A stretch of DNA of 32,000 nt from the NCBI RefSeq assembly GCF_014280175.1, contig NZ_CP047931.1:1350001-1382000 (forward strand), given 5' to 3'. Each line of letters opens with the position of its first letter. The first letter of the stretch is position 1. The notes under the pieces are model-generated. The model searched no databases and was not told where the DNA came from. It saw only the letters and a program-made list of their open reading frames with translations. This DNA is from Synechococcus sp. A15-28. Lineage in GTDB: Bacteria > Cyanobacteriota > Cyanobacteriia > PCC-6307 > Cyanobiaceae. Below, in pieces: positions 1-10,332 of this stretch. Position numbers and translations under genes: made by a program.

Positions 1-288
1 AGTGGACTGGGTCAGCGGCCCTACGGCGACCAGGGACTGCTGATCCACCGCACGCTCTACACAGCCAGCTGTGGTTACCGGCCGATCCCGTTGATGGAGG
101 ATCTGGACCTGGTGGAGCGGATTGCACGCACCCACAGGTTGAGACGACTTGGCTGCCCATTGGTCACCAGCAACCGCCGCTGGCAGGAGCAGGGGGTGAT
201 CAGCAGGGCCTGGCACAACTGGATGCTGCGACGCCGTTGGTACCAAGGCATTGCCGCTGATCAACTGGCTGGTGACTACAACCCCTGA
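1..288 (+). CDS. C-terminal part of a glycosyltransferase family 2-like protein (TIGR04283-like), truncated by window start
   Basis: Frame 1 is open from base 1 (SGLGQRPYGDQGLLIHRTLYTASCGYRPIPLMEDLDLVERIARTHRL...); the PYGDQ...F/Y...GG-like...PLMEDLDL pattern is typical of this family; stop at 286-288. Confidence 0.7.
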   Translation, partial: SGLGQRPYGDQGLLIHRTLYTASCGYRPIPLMEDLDLVERIARTHRLRRLGCPLVTSNRRWQEQGVISRAWHNWMLRRRWYQGIAADQLAGDYNP

Positions 289-300
289 GCGTAACTGCGA

Positions 301-807
301 TCAACTGGCGTACCAGAACGCACAGCGATGCTGCTGCGGCTCCAGCTCCCAGCCCTGGCGTTGGTAGAAATTCACCACACCTGGATCAGCGAACAGGCTC
401 ACCCGTTCGGTGCCCATGGCCTCCAGAGCCTCCAGCACATAAACCATCAGCTGACTGCCCAGGCCACTGCCCTGGTAAAGCGGATGGACAGCCACATCCC
501 AGACCGTGGCTTCAAACACACCGTCACCGGTGCAACGGGCAAAACCCACCAGGCGAGGAATGCGGGGATCATGCCGCCACAGGCCGACGGTGAGCAGGCT
601 GTTGGCCAGGGCTTTGCGCACCCGGCGCACCGGCCGCCGACTCCAACCCACCGCTTCCAGCAACTGCTCCAGCTCCACCAGGTCAAAGGGGTGCCGTTGG
701 CTGAACACCAGGGTGAGTTGATCGTTGGCACAGGAACAGAGACGTGCCTCCTCGCCGTACTGCTCGAGCAGCGGCGCTGCGGGAAGGTCGAGGGGGGAGG
801 TCATCAC
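301..807 (-). CDS. GNAT family N-acetyltransferase
   Basis: 168-aa ORF with GNAT signature VWDVAVHPLYQGSGLGSQLMVYVLEAL and FYQRQGWEL; 4-bp overlap with upstream ABC gene. Confidence 0.85.
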   Translation of the reverse strand: MMTSPLDLPAAPLLEQYGEEARLCSCANDQLTLVFSQRHPFDLVELEQLLEAVGWSRRPVRRVRKALANSLLTVGLWRHDPRIPRLVGFARCTGDGVFEATVWDVAVHPLYQGSGLGSQLMVYVLEALEAMGTERVSLFADPGVVNFYQRQGWELEPQQHRCAFWYAS

Positions 808-2582
808 AGGCGCGCCAATCCCTTTTCCTGCAGATCCGCCAGCTGGGCATAGAGCCCACCTTTGGCCCTCAGCTCCCCGTGGGTGCCCTGTTCGATCAGG
901 TGGCCACGGCGCAACACCAGAATCCGATCCGAGGCCTCCACCGTCGCCAGGCGGTGGGCGATCACCACAGCCGTGCGTTTCTGCAGCAGGCGGTCAAGAT
1001 CACGCTGCAGGGTGGCCTCGGTGGAGGGATCCATGAAAGCGGTGGCCTCATCCATCACCAGCACCGTGGGGTTGCGGATAGCGACCCGGGCGACCGCCAG
1101 CAACTGGCGTTCGCCCGAGGACAGATTTCCACCCCGTTCCCGCAACTCCGTCTCCAAACCGCTGGGCAGACGCTGCAACAGGTCGTTCAGGCCCAGATCA
1201 CGGCAGATCCCAGCCAGCTGCTGGTCGCTGATGTCGGCATTGAGCCGCAGGTTGTCGGCCACATTGCCGCTGAACAGGAAGGTGTCCTGCAGCACAACCC
1301 CCAGCTGACGGCGCAGATCAGCAATGGGGATGGAGCGGATGTCGCGTCCGTCCAGAAGAATCCGGCCCTGCTGAGGTTCGTACAACCGGCAGAGCAGACG
1401 GATCACGGTGGTTTTGCCGGATCCCGTCGGCCCGACCAAGGCCACGTGCTCGCCGGGAGCGATCCGGAAGGAGAGATTGCTCAGGATGGGCTCATCCGGC
1501 CGGTAGCTGAAGCTGACGTTTTCAAAGATCACCTCCCCCTGCCCGGCGGTGGTAAGCGGAGTGGCCTCAGGATCTTCGACGATCTCCAGGGGCTGCTCCA
1601 TCAGTTCACCGATGCGCTCCACCGCCGTCAGACCACCCTGGATCTGGGTGAAGCGTTCCGCCAGCTGCCGCAATGGATCAAACAAACGCTGCGAATAGAG
1701 GATGAAGGTGGTGAGGATTCCAAGGCCCATGGACCCCGATGTCACCATCCATCCACCCAGAGCCAGCACCAGGGCCACGGCTCCCAGGGACACCCATTCG
1801 AGAAAGGCGGAGATGCTGCTGTCGAAGAAAATGGTGCCGTTCACCGCACGCCGATAGGCGGAACCCGTGCGCTGAAAGCGCTCGCCGTTCACCGCCTCGC
1901 GCCGGAACATCTGGACCACATCCAGGCCCTGAAGGTTTTCCTGAAAGTCGGCGTTCAGCTGGGACAGCTCCTCACGAACCCGGTAATTGGCCTTGCGGTA
2001 GCGACCCTGCAACCAAATCACCATCAAGGTGACGGGAATCTGCGTGCAGAGCAGCAACAACCCGAGCCGCCATTCGATCAGAAGCATTGAACCGGCAATC
2101 ACCAGCAGGCTGACCAGATCACCCAGAATCCCGAACGCTCCACTGCCGAAGAGCTCAGAGAGGGCATCGACATCACTGGTGAGCCGGGTCAGCAATTTGC
2201 CCACGGGCATACGGTCATGGAACCGCAAGGACAGCGCCAGGGCATGACGGAACAGGTCTTCTCGGATCCGTGCCGTGAGCCGCTGGCCCACGACCTGGAA
2301 GTTGAACAACTGCACCCGTTGCAACCCGAAACGCAGCAGCACCGAACCCAGCATCAGCAACACAATCAAGCGAATGGCTGCGCTGGTGCTTAGCCCCTCA
2401 AGCCAGGGAAGGCTCGATTCATTGCGCAGCACACTGATGGCCAGGCCCACCAGCAGGGGCTGAATCGCTCCGGCGAAGGCCACTGGCACCAACAGCACCA
2501 GGGTCAGCAGCAGACGGCGACGGTCGTGGACGAGGTAACGGCCGAGCCGACGCACCCGTTTCCAGTCACTGATAGCGCTCAT
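804..2582 (-). CDS. ABC transporter, fused permease/ATP-binding protein (MsbA/multidrug type)
   Basis: 592-aa ORF; N-terminal TM domain, Walker [10 protein letters not shown], signature LSSGERQ, Walker B VLVMDEAT. Confidence 0.93.
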   Translation of the reverse strand: MSAISDWKRVRRLGRYLVHDRRRLLLTLVLLVPVAFAGAIQPLLVGLAISVLRNESSLPWLEGLSTSAAIRLIVLLMLGSVLLRFGLQRVQLFNFQVVGQRLTARIREDLFRHALALSLRFHDRMPVGKLLTRLTSDVDALSELFGSGAFGILGDLVSLLVIAGSMLLIEWRLGLLLLCTQIPVTLMVIWLQGRYRKANYRVREELSQLNADFQENLQGLDVVQMFRREAVNGERFQRTGSAYRRAVNGTIFFDSSISAFLEWVSLGAVALVLALGGWMVTSGSMGLGILTTFILYSQRLFDPLRQLAERFTQIQGGLTAVERIGELMEQPLEIVEDPEATPLTTAGQGEVIFENVSFSYRPDEPILSNLSFRIAPGEHVALVGPTGSGKTTVIRLLCRLYEPQQGRILLDGRDIRSIPIADLRRQLGVVLQDTFLFSGNVADNLRLNADISDQQLAGICRDLGLNDLLQRLPSGLETELRERGGNLSSGERQLLAVARVAIRNPTVLVMDEATAFMDPSTEATLQRDLDRLLQKRTAVVIAHRLATVEASDRILVLRRGHLIEQGTHGELRAKGGLYAQLADLQEKGLARL

Positions 2583-3232
2583 GCAGCGGCACCAGCTGCG
2601 TTGGACACTGTGCGCACCGCTTCAACGATGCTGCTCAGAGATCCATCATCCAGCCGCATCGAAAGAGGGTGACCCACCAGGCGGGCCGTGGTGTGGAACA
2701 GATCCTCGATGGCCACCAATCCGTTCTCCCGCAGGGTGCGCCCGGTCGCCACCAGATCAACAATGGCCTCGGACATCCCCGTGATGGGGCCAAGCTCGAC
2801 GGAGCCGTTCAGATGCACCAGCTCCACCGGTAGGTCGAGCTGGTCGAAATATTCGCGGGCGCAGTGGGTGAACTTGCTCGCCACCCGGCAGTGGGGAGGA
2901 AGATCCGCCGCCCGTTCGTAGCCACTGCTGGCCTTGACGGCCACGGCCATCCGGCAGCCACCGAAGCCCAGATCCACCAGCTGGGCCACCGGCAGTTGGT
3001 GCTCCTTCAACACGTCGTAGCCGACAACCCCCAACTGGGCCTGGCCGTAGGCCACATAGGTGGGCACATCACCGTTGCGCACCAGCAGCGCCCGGGCTCG
3101 ACCGCAGGGGGTGGGCAGCATCAGCTGACGGTTGTCCTTGTCCAGCACAGCTGAGAAATCCAGGCCTGCCGCCGCGAACCGAGCCACGGAATCCTTGAGC
3201 AGCGCTCCTTTGGCCAACGCGACGGTGATCAT
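2579..3232 (-). CDS. hisG: ATP phosphoribosyltransferase (short form HisG)
   Basis: Homology core starts at internal Met 51 of the track ORF ([16 protein letters not shown]...), ATG at 3230-3232; ...[23 protein letters not shown]. 217 aa. Confidence 0.92.
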   Translation of the reverse strand: MITVALAKGALLKDSVARFAAAGLDFSAVLDKDNRQLMLPTPCGRARALLVRNGDVPTYVAYGQAQLGVVGYDVLKEHQLPVAQLVDLGFGGCRMAVAVKASSGYERAADLPPHCRVASKFTHCAREYFDQLDLPVELVHLNGSVELGPITGMSEAIVDLVATGRTLRENGLVAIEDLFHTTARLVGHPLSMRLDDGSLSSIVEAVRTVSNAAGAAA

Positions 3233-3272
3233 GGGTCCAGCGTTGACCGTGTAACCAGGCAGGACTTTAACG

Positions 3273-4022
3273 ATGCAATCCTCCCTCCATGCCCTGCCGG
3301 TGCTGCAGGACAACGTCATTTGGATCTGGGTGCGGGGCGCCGAGGCCGTTGTGGTGGATCCCGCAGTGGCAGAACCCGTCATCGACTGGCTGCAACAACG
3401 GCAATTGCAGCTGAGTGCCGTGCTGCAGACCCATCACCACGCCGACCACATCGGTGGAACCCCCGGCCTGCTGCAGCGATGGCCCAACGCGGCGGTGGTG
3501 GCCGCTGCAGCCGATCGTTCACGCATTCCCTTTCAAACGGTCTCCGTCAGCGACGGCGATCAGATCAGCGTGCTCGGCCGATCACTCGCGGTGCTGGACG
3601 TGGCCGCCCATACCGCCGCCCACATCGCCTTTGTGATTCCCGAGCGGGAGGATCTGGATCTCGGCCCGGTGTTGTTCTGCGGCGACACGCTGTTTTCCGG
3701 TGGTTGCGGCCGTCTGTTTGAAGGGACCCCGGCTGATATGCATCGAGCCCTTGGCCGGCTGGCGCAACTTCCTGAATCCACCCAGGTCTGCTGCGCCCAC
3801 GAGTACACGGAAGGGAACCTGCTCTGGGCCACCCAGCAGGAACCCAAGGACGCAGCCATTCGCCAGCGTTACGAGACCGTGGTGGCCCTGCGGCGCCGTG
3901 GCGAATTGAGCCTGCCCAGCAGCATCGGCGAGGAACGGCGCAGCAACCTGTTCATGCGGGCGGAGTCGGTCGAGCAGCTGGGACGCCTGCGGCGCCACAA
4001 GGATCAGTGGCGCGCAGCCTGA
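3273..4022 (+). CDS. gloB: MBL-fold hydrolase, hydroxyacylglutathione hydrolase-like
   Basis: 249 aa with metallo-beta-lactamase motif [33 protein letters not shown]. Confidence 0.9.
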   Translation: MQSSLHALPVLQDNVIWIWVRGAEAVVVDPAVAEPVIDWLQQRQLQLSAVLQTHHHADHIGGTPGLLQRWPNAAVVAAAADRSRIPFQTVSVSDGDQISVLGRSLAVLDVAAHTAAHIAFVIPEREDLDLGPVLFCGDTLFSGGCGRLFEGTPADMHRALGRLAQLPESTQVCCAHEYTEGNLLWATQQEPKDAAIRQRYETVVALRRRGELSLPSSIGEERRSNLFMRAESVEQLGRLRRHKDQWRAA

Positions 4023-5112
4023 TTCCCTGCGGGAAGAGAATCACGTCGGCGCCTGGTTGAAAGGCCAATCGACAGCGGGTACCGCGGGGCAGATCCAGGC
4101 TGAGGGGAGCATTCACGCGGAGATCGCAGGTTCCCTGCTGCACGCGGTACTGCCAGGCCTGCCCGAGGAACTCCCGTCCCATTACGCAGGCCTTCCCCTG
4201 GGGATCATCGTGAAGCTGAATCACGGCTGGGTCCACCAACAGAAGTTCGGCATCGGCTCCCGGGTCTGCCGGTGGCTGAGCACCGGCGTTTTCAAGAGAA
4301 CCGATCAGACAGTGCATCGGTCCATCGAGGGGCAGAAGATTCCCTTGAAGAACAAACCGACCAACAAACGGTGAGGCAGGGGAGTCAACGAGATCCCTGG
4401 GGGTCGCGCACTGGTGCAGTTCCCCATCCCGCATCACCGCCACACGGTCACAGATGGCCAGGGCCTCTCCGGGATCGTGGGTCACGATCAGCCCTGTGGC
4501 TCCGCACACCTGCAGAACAGAACTGAGTTCACTGCGCAGCCGCAGCCGCACTTCCACATCGAGGTTGGAGAAAGGCTCATCCAGCAGCACCAGCTTCGGA
4601 GCCGGTGCCAGAGCCCGGGCAAGGGCCAGGCGTTGCTTCTGGCCGCCCGAGAGTTGATGGGGGTATCGCTGATCCAGCCCCTTCAGACCCAGCAACTCCA
4701 GCAGCCAGGCTGCGCGGCTGTCGTCCTGGCCGGGGCGCAGCCCGAAACAGGCGTTCTGCCAGGCCGTGAGGTGGGGGAAAAGGGCATAGTCCTGAAAGAC
4801 CATGCCGATTCCCCGTCGCTCGGGCGGCAACCAATGCCCGTTCCCCGCCACGGGTCGTTGCTGCAGGTGCACGGAGCCTTGCAACGGACTCTCAAAGCCA
4901 GCGATCAGTCGCAGCAGGGTGGTCTTCCCACAGCCGGAGGGTCCGAGCAGACCGACCAGCTCACCCGCAGCGAGCTCGAGATCAATCCCCCGCAACGTCC
5001 AGGGTCCAGCAGAGCCGTCGTAGCGATGCCAGAGGTCACGCACTGAAACGGTGGCCAGGGACTGCGACAACAGCGAAACGCGATGATCGTTTCCATTCTG
5101 CGATTCGGCCAT
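3952..5112 (-). CDS. ABC transporter ATP-binding protein, Fe3+/spermidine/thiamine type (FutC-like)
   Basis: Walker [17 protein letters not shown]-loop [13 protein letters not shown], signature [18 protein letters not shown]-terminal TOBE-like extension. Overlaps gloB 3' end by 71 bp. Confidence 0.9.
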   Translation of the reverse strand: MAESQNGNDHRVSLLSQSLATVSVRDLWHRYDGSAGPWTLRGIDLELAAGELVGLLGPSGCGKTTLLRLIAGFESPLQGSVHLQQRPVAGNGHWLPPERRGIGMVFQDYALFPHLTAWQNACFGLRPGQDDSRAAWLLELLGLKGLDQRYPHQLSGGQKQRLALARALAPAPKLVLLDEPFSNLDVEVRLRLRSELSSVLQVCGATGLIVTHDPGEALAICDRVAVMRDGELHQCATPRDLVDSPASPFVGRFVLQGNLLPLDGPMHCLIGSLENAGAQPPADPGADAELLLVDPAVIQLHDDPQGKACVMGREFLGQAWQYRVQQGTCDLRVNAPLSLDLPRGTRCRLAFQPGADVILFPQGIRLRATDPCGAAGVPAARPTPPA

Positions 5113-5518
5113 GACTGCTCAAGCCGTAACGACCACAGCAGCTCCCGCCCCCGTCGGGCCGTACAACCAGGCGGTGCTGGCCGGTGGTTGGCTGTACTGC
5201 TCGGGCCAGATTCCATTGGATCCGGAAACGGGAGCCATGGTTGGTGACGGGGATGTGGCCAGCGAAACGCGTCAGGTGCTGAAGAACCTCAACGCCGTGC
5301 TGGAGGCCGCCGGTGCCACGGCACAGCACGTGGTGCGGACGACGGTGTTTCTGGCTGATCTGGGGGACTTCCAGACCGTCAACGGGATCTATGCGGAGAT
5401 GTTCGGGGCGGGCACAAGTCCAGCCCGAGCCTGTGTGCAGGTGGCGGCACTGCCCAAGGGTGCACGGGTCGAGATCGACTGCGTCGCCTGGTTTGGTGAT
5501 GATTTGAAGACCGTGTGA
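5111..5518 (+). CDS. ridA: RidA family reactive intermediate/imine deaminase
   Basis: 135 aa: APAPVGPYNQAV...YCSGQIPLDPETG...RTTVFLADLGDFQTVN...PARACVQVAALPKGARVEIDCVA. Confidence 0.93.
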   Translation: MTAQAVTTTAAPAPVGPYNQAVLAGGWLYCSGQIPLDPETGAMVGDGDVASETRQVLKNLNAVLEAAGATAQHVVRTTVFLADLGDFQTVNGIYAEMFGAGTSPARACVQVAALPKGARVEIDCVAWFGDDLKTV

Positions 5519-5586
5519 TCTGATCCACATCACGGACCGGAAGCCCGGACGTAGATGACATCAAAACGTCCGACGACCATTCGGCC

Positions 5587-6018
5587 TTGACCATGGAATG
5601 GCTAGCCCTCAGGGAACAGGCTGCGCGACCGTTGCTGGAGAGCGGCTGGACGCTGCTCTACTCCGGTCTGACCCCATCAAGGGCAAGCGCCACCCTGCTG
5701 GATCCGAGTGAAAGCCAGCAGATCAGCCTGCAGATCCCGACAGGGGAAACCGCTCAAGACTGGGAGCTATGGCTGGAAGCCTGCAACCGGCAGCTGAGCG
5801 TCCCGCTCCGGCAGTGGCTGGAGTCCCAGGGCATTGAGAAGTCCACCCTCAGCCGCCTGACAGGGAATCATCCCAGTGGCCAGGACGCACTCAAGCTCAG
5901 CAACATGCTGCAGGTCGCCCGCTTGTTGCAGCGTTCGATCGAAGCCATCGAGACCCTGGCGGAGGCCAACGGGTCGCAGCTGGTGCTCCACCTTGCCGGA
6001 CTGGGACCGAACAGCTGA
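5587..6018 (+). CDS. Hypothetical protein
   Basis: 143-aa ORF with coding-like composition; the second ATG at 5593 (MEWLALREQ) may be the real start. Confidence 0.65.
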   Translation: MTMEWLALREQAARPLLESGWTLLYSGLTPSRASATLLDPSESQQISLQIPTGETAQDWELWLEACNRQLSVPLRQWLESQGIEKSTLSRLTGNHPSGQDALKLSNMLQVARLLQRSIEAIETLAEANGSQLVLHLAGLGPNS

Positions 6019-6071
6019 GAGGAGGCTTCCCCTCGCCGATTTAGGTTATTGGACATCAGGGGGATGATCCG

Positions 6072-6311
6072 ATGACCCAGGCGAAGCTCACCATCGGTGA
6101 ATTGGAAGCGGGCTACCCGCTCTATTGCAAAGCCCTCAGACGATTGCTCCAACAAGGCAAGACGACCAAAGACATCGAACGCACGGTCTGTTGGGGACAT
6201 CTGGAAACGCTCAACCGATGCCTGCCAACGCGCTACAAAGCACCGTCCTACCTGCTGGCTCTCATTCGTCGGGATCTGGAAAAAATCAAAGAAGGAAAAG
6301 TTCCTATTTGA
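6072..6311 (+). CDS. DUF3136-like small cyanobacterial protein
   Basis: MTQAKLTIGELEAGYPLYCKALRRLLQQGKTTKDIERTVCWGHLETLNRCLPTRYKAPSYLLALIRRDLEK resembles this picocyanobacterial family from memory. Confidence 0.75.
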   Translation: MTQAKLTIGELEAGYPLYCKALRRLLQQGKTTKDIERTVCWGHLETLNRCLPTRYKAPSYLLALIRRDLEKIKEGKVPI

Positions 6312-7335
6312 ATCTCTCTGCGTTCAAACAGGAACGTCCAATCAAATTCACAGAAATCCCCCAAAGAGAGAAGAGAGAATATCAATTCATGCTCAGACAC
6401 GATGCGAATGATATTCAGAAAAGAGAAGAAAAGACATCAGCTAAAGACAGCAATCTTTTCAATATTGCTCATCAGCATGACGTCAGCAAGCCTGGAGTGG
6501 CTGGATTCCACCAGCCTGTTGAGGGCTCAAGACAACTTCGCCAGCAACCCAGCCGAGCCAGCTCGACGGCCCTAATGGTGCGTCAATCCTGAAACGCCGC
6601 ATCACCATCAACGGTCAACTCTGACAACAGATCTGCATCGGGGCTGTGATCAGGCTGATGAAGAGACTCGAGCGACTGAGAACAAAGCTGTCCGTCCGCA
6701 ACCTCGCGCTCTGCAGGGCTGTGGCTCTGTAGCCACAACATCATCCAGTAATGATACTCATCACGACGAGACATAAGAACAACAAAAAAACTTCTGCGGC
6801 GATGAAAATGCAGACATCGACGTCCATGTTCTAGCTACAACACTCCAGCGGAATCGTGTGTAATTATACGGATTTGCGACCTATCCCATTCAAAAGACAA
6901 GAATGCAAGCATTTACAGACATTTGAACCGGCTGTTTGAGCCGAGTGTCTGAGCAACAACTGAATCCAATCCCGTAGACCGGGGAAGATCAATTGATTTA
7001 TGATGAAACAAGAACAGGCCAGCAGCAGCATGGAGTTCTCAATCGTGATTCTTAGCAAACATGCTTCGACCTATCCGGACATTGCTTGGTCAGACTGGAA
7101 AGATGAAAACAGAAAAAAGATGAACAGCGAGGGCGACAATTGGTCAGCAGCAACGTTGAAGGGAGCCAACATCTGGGATTGCCTCGACAGCAACAAAATT
7201 GACCGGATGCATCTCGTTCAGTGGAAGAAGTCTGGTGACGATCTGCACAGCGTCAGCCTGCCAGACCATCCCCATCCATCGGAGCAGCCCACCCATTGAC
7301 CTGAAGGCGATGAACGGAATGGATACCAAGGAGAA

Positions 7336-7662
7336 CTAGCCGTCCATCAGCCAGTCGTCATCCACGTCATCATCCAAGTCATCGCTCTCGATCATTCGGG
7401 GCACAACGCGATCAGCCTGAGGAGGCAGTGGTAGCGGGGGCGGTGCGGCAGGACCTGTGAATGTGTTCACTGGAATCTTCTGACTTCCCCATCCCGATTG
7501 ATAGGGGATAACCAGCAGGCGAATCGGCTCACCAGCGAAAGTCCGCAAAGGACACATGAACATCAAGATGCTCAACGTCAAACCTGCGCGAATATTTAAT
7601 GCAAAAAAACAAGACGTCATATTATCGAAACACCAACTATGATCGGATATTAATTTAGCCAT
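7336..7662 (-). CDS. Hypothetical exported protein with Pro-rich and Asp-rich C-terminus
   Basis: Signal-peptide-like segment (NIRAGLTLSILMFMCPLRTFAGE) after an internal Met, then PAAPPPLPLPPQ and DDLDDDVDDDW. A later start (MTSCFFALN...) is more plausible. Confidence 0.4.
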   Translation of the reverse strand: MAKLISDHSWCFDNMTSCFFALNIRAGLTLSILMFMCPLRTFAGEPIRLLVIPYQSGWGSQKIPVNTFTGPAAPPPLPLPPQADRVVPRMIESDDLDDDVDDDWLMDG

Positions 7663-7682
7663 GGCCTTCGGTCATTGCATGC

Positions 7683-8216
7683 ATGACCGATGAACACGAT
7701 GCGCTGGTCAGGCATCTGCGCAGCAATCCCAATGACCAAAGCATCTCTGAACGCATCGCCAAGCTGGAGACATCAATCCCGGCTGACCTCAATCAGGATG
7801 CGCCGCTGCTGAAGGGGGTATGGGATCTGCGTTGGAGCAGTTCAAGTCAGCCTTGGCTGCGTCAGGCACCATGGCTTGAAAATCTCCAGGCGCTGGACCC
7901 AGAGCGAAACAAAGGTTGTAATTTGCTGCGTCTTCGTGGTCCCCTTGGAGGGATTGGTGCTGTCAGTGTTCAAGCCGAGCTCAACCTGATCAGCTCAAAA
8001 CGGATCGAAGTGAAATTCTGCAGAGGAGGTTGGCTCGGCCCGTCACGACCAGGGCAACGGCAAGTGAAATTAATGCGTAATGTTCAGCAGAACTTTCCGG
8101 CTTGGCTCGACATTACTGTGTTGAGCCAAGAATTACGGATTTGTAGAGGCAATGCAGGAACCATTTTTGCATTGCTTCGTCGAAATGATCTGCTGACCGA
8201 AGAACTCCTCGATTAA
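7683..8216 (+). CDS. PAP/fibrillin (plastid-lipid-associated protein) family protein
   Basis: 177 aa; LLKGVWDLRWSSSSQPWLRQAPWLENLQALDP...CRGGWLGPSRPG...WLDITVLSQELRICRGNAGTIFALLRR is typical of the family. Confidence 0.82.
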   Translation: MTDEHDALVRHLRSNPNDQSISERIAKLETSIPADLNQDAPLLKGVWDLRWSSSSQPWLRQAPWLENLQALDPERNKGCNLLRLRGPLGGIGAVSVQAELNLISSKRIEVKFCRGGWLGPSRPGQRQVKLMRNVQQNFPAWLDITVLSQELRICRGNAGTIFALLRRNDLLTEELLD

Positions 8217-8221
8217 GCAGA

Positions 8222-9004
8222 TCAATTTCTACCGACAATCACGGGAGGCGTCGTTCCGCCTGAGAAGGAGGGAACCACCTGGGTTTTACCATCCCATTTA
8301 TCGAGAAACAGCTTATACAGAACACTGTCATTAAGCGACCGATTCAATGTTTCGAACTTGATCGCCTCTTGTTCGGCAATCTGAACTTCTGTCTTGGCCC
8401 GAAGGAGTTGCTGTTGAGCAATCTGTTTCTGTTCAATTGCCGCTCTGTACTCCTCGGCAATCTGCAAGCCAGTGATATCAAGGCCTCTCACAGCCACATA
8501 ATCAAATTTACTAAGCTCCTGCGATACACTGTCCTGAACCAGAGAAGAAATACTGTTCCAATCCGTAGCGATTGTGTCCAGCTCGTATTTCGAGAAAACA
8601 GATTTGAGTGATTTCAACAATGACGGCTGAATGACCCTGGCATAAATGGCGGAATCATCCGTAGCAATCGTGCTGTAAATGCGTGGAGCCTCAGATTGCT
8701 TAACGGCATACTTCACAGTTGCGGTTGCCTCAATCACCTGAAGGTCTTTCGTGAGCGTCGAGAATTTCTCCGGGACAACCTGGGTTCTGACGCTGAAGGA
8801 GTGCGTGCTTTGAATGAAGGGAATTTTGAAGTTCAGGCCAGGCTGACGGGGCTGCTCCGAGACCTTGCCAAGCGTTGTGACGACACCAACCTCCCCTGCG
8901 GGCACAACAAACAAGCTGGACAGAACGGCGATACCCCCAACAAAGATCGACGAAACAACAACGACTGTTTTCCAAACCTGTTCGGGATTTTGATACGAGC
9001 GCAT
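8222..9004 (-). CDS. SPFH/prohibitin family protein
   Basis: MRSYQNPEQVWK..TM..FVVPAGEVGVVTTLGKVSEQPRQPGLNFKIPF...; Q/E-rich helix EEYRAAIEQKQIAQQQLLRAKTEVQIAEQEA. Start assigned to internal ATG at 9002-9004 (track ORF runs to 9097). Confidence 0.88.
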   Translation of the reverse strand: MRSYQNPEQVWKTVVVVSSIFVGGIAVLSSLFVVPAGEVGVVTTLGKVSEQPRQPGLNFKIPFIQSTHSFSVRTQVVPEKFSTLTKDLQVIEATATVKYAVKQSEAPRIYSTIATDDSAIYARVIQPSLLKSLKSVFSKYELDTIATDWNSISSLVQDSVSQELSKFDYVAVRGLDITGLQIAEEYRAAIEQKQIAQQQLLRAKTEVQIAEQEAIKFETLNRSLNDSVLYKLFLDKWDGKTQVVPSFSGGTTPPVIVGRN

Positions 9005-9133
9005 CGACACAGTCTTAGACAGATTTCTACGGTAGAAGAAGCGCAGCCAGAAACGAAGATTTACATAATCAAATAATAATATGACAAATCGAAGCAAGAA
9101 TTCAGAAGATTACCGCAAGGATCCTGATTTGCA

Positions 9134-9367
9134 TCAATGTCGTGATTTAACGGTGCTGCTATCGATGTAAATTCCATGCATTTTCTTATCCATGCAGTCA
9201 TAGAAGATCTGTGAAAACTCAAGATCAACGCTCGCGCACAAGGCATGTGCTCGATCAGCCACTTGCTCGAACTTCTTCATTGACAGGAACACTTGCTTAT
9301 CGCTGGAGGAGAGCGCAGGTGCTGCTGCCAGCAAAAGGCCCGAGAAGGAATATGCAAGCAATTTCAT
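9134..9367 (-). CDS. Small exported hypothetical protein
   Basis: 77 aa with signal peptide-like MKLLAYSFSGLLLAAAPALSSS and two Cys in the mature part. Confidence 0.55.
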   Translation of the reverse strand: MKLLAYSFSGLLLAAAPALSSSDKQVFLSMKKFEQVADRAHALCASVDLEFSQIFYDCMDKKMHGIYIDSSTVKSRH

Positions 9368-9535
9368 GGAAAACTCTCTTATTTTTGATCAGCCTGCACC
9401 AAAGAGGCACCACCGATTAGATTTCGTCACGGATTGTTTCGGGCCAATTATGAACAGAAAATAATTACTTATTCGAGAAATGATAACCTTTGGCACGTGC
9501 TTGGTTCGTGATGCATAAAGTCTTCGCCCAATCGG

Positions 9536-9790
9536 GTGAAAAGAATGAATGCTTCAAAAAAGTCTCCAGCCTGCGTTCTACGTTGGAGCGTGCAAAAGGT
9601 TAGTCAGAATCACTATGCCGTCTCTGCCACGTTGGATGGACGTGAGTATGACTTTGTAGGCAACTTCAAGTCGATCACAGATGCGAACAGAGCTGGTCGT
9701 CGGTATGCATCAGACCTTCTGCACAATTCAGTTTCTGGAGGACGTCTATCGCTCCGGTCTCGATTGTCGCAAAAGCCAGTTCATAAGTAA
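9536..9790 (+). CDS. Hypothetical protein
   Basis: 84-aa ORF: VQKVSQNHYAVSATLDGREYDFVGNFKSITDANRAGRRYASDLLH. Confidence 0.55.
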   Translation: MKRMNASKKSPACVLRWSVQKVSQNHYAVSATLDGREYDFVGNFKSITDANRAGRRYASDLLHNSVSGGRLSLRSRLSQKPVHK

Positions 9791-9814
9791 CAGACTTTCC
9801 CTATGCCACCGGCC

Positions 9815-10285
9815 CTACCTCACCGGTGGTGAACATTGCCTCCAACCCGCACTAAGCATTTTCTCCCAAACGTCGATAGCCTCGTGTTTCATCATCCGTC
9901 GACGTGATTCAGGAATCGGGTAATCAGGCGGGCGCCAGTGAAAGGTGCGCAATGTCACCCACTGTCCATCTGCTGTTGGATCTTCGGGCTTGAACTCAAC
10001 GACCTTCTGCTCGTTGACATTCACAAGCCATGCATGGCCGCGTGGTCTGAAGCTGTGGCGAGAAACGCGTTGCACTGAAATTTTGTCTGCAGACAGACAA
10101 GAGCCATGGCTGTTAGCACGGCGGATAGCCGCACCTGGCGAAGAAACTCGACATAGCAACCGGTGGCATTGATCGGTTTGAACCACCAACAACCGACGGC
10201 CTAGAACCAACTGCGCCAATGAGTATTTATTATTTAATTGGATTTGAGTCTCTTTCGAGAATTTAGGTAAAGTACTTAGGCCCAA
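9815..10285 (-). CDS. DUF1651-like protein; N-terminal part of the track ORF is probably not coding
   Basis: AWLVNVNEQKVVEFKPEDPTADGQWVTLRTFHWRPPDYPIPESRRRMMKHEAIDVWEKMLSAGWRQCSPP aligns by eye with the ORF at 12029-12301. An in-frame GTG near 10075 is a plausible start. Confidence 0.6.
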   Translation of the reverse strand: MGLSTLPKFSKETQIQLNNKYSLAQLVLGRRLLVVQTDQCHRLLCRVSSPGAAIRRANSHGSCLSADKISVQRVSRHSFRPRGHAWLVNVNEQKVVEFKPEDPTADGQWVTLRTFHWRPPDYPIPESRRRMMKHEAIDVWEKMLSAGWRQCSPPVR

Positions 10286-10332
10286 AATACAGTTTTCGTT
10301 CTATTGGTAGAGAAGTTCCTCAAGGAGGTCTC

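Noticed and set aside
744-2090. 448-aa plus-strand ORF opposite the ABC transporter
   Set aside because: Antisense shadow of a well-supported ABC transporter.
3233-3382. 50-residue N-terminal extension of hisG
   Set aside because: Overlaps the divergent gloB start and lacks HisG similarity; internal ATG at 3232 fits the family.
6583-7058. Minus ORFs of 63 and 64 aa (6583-6774, 6864-7058)
   Set aside because: No recognisable features or start context; insufficient support to call genes.
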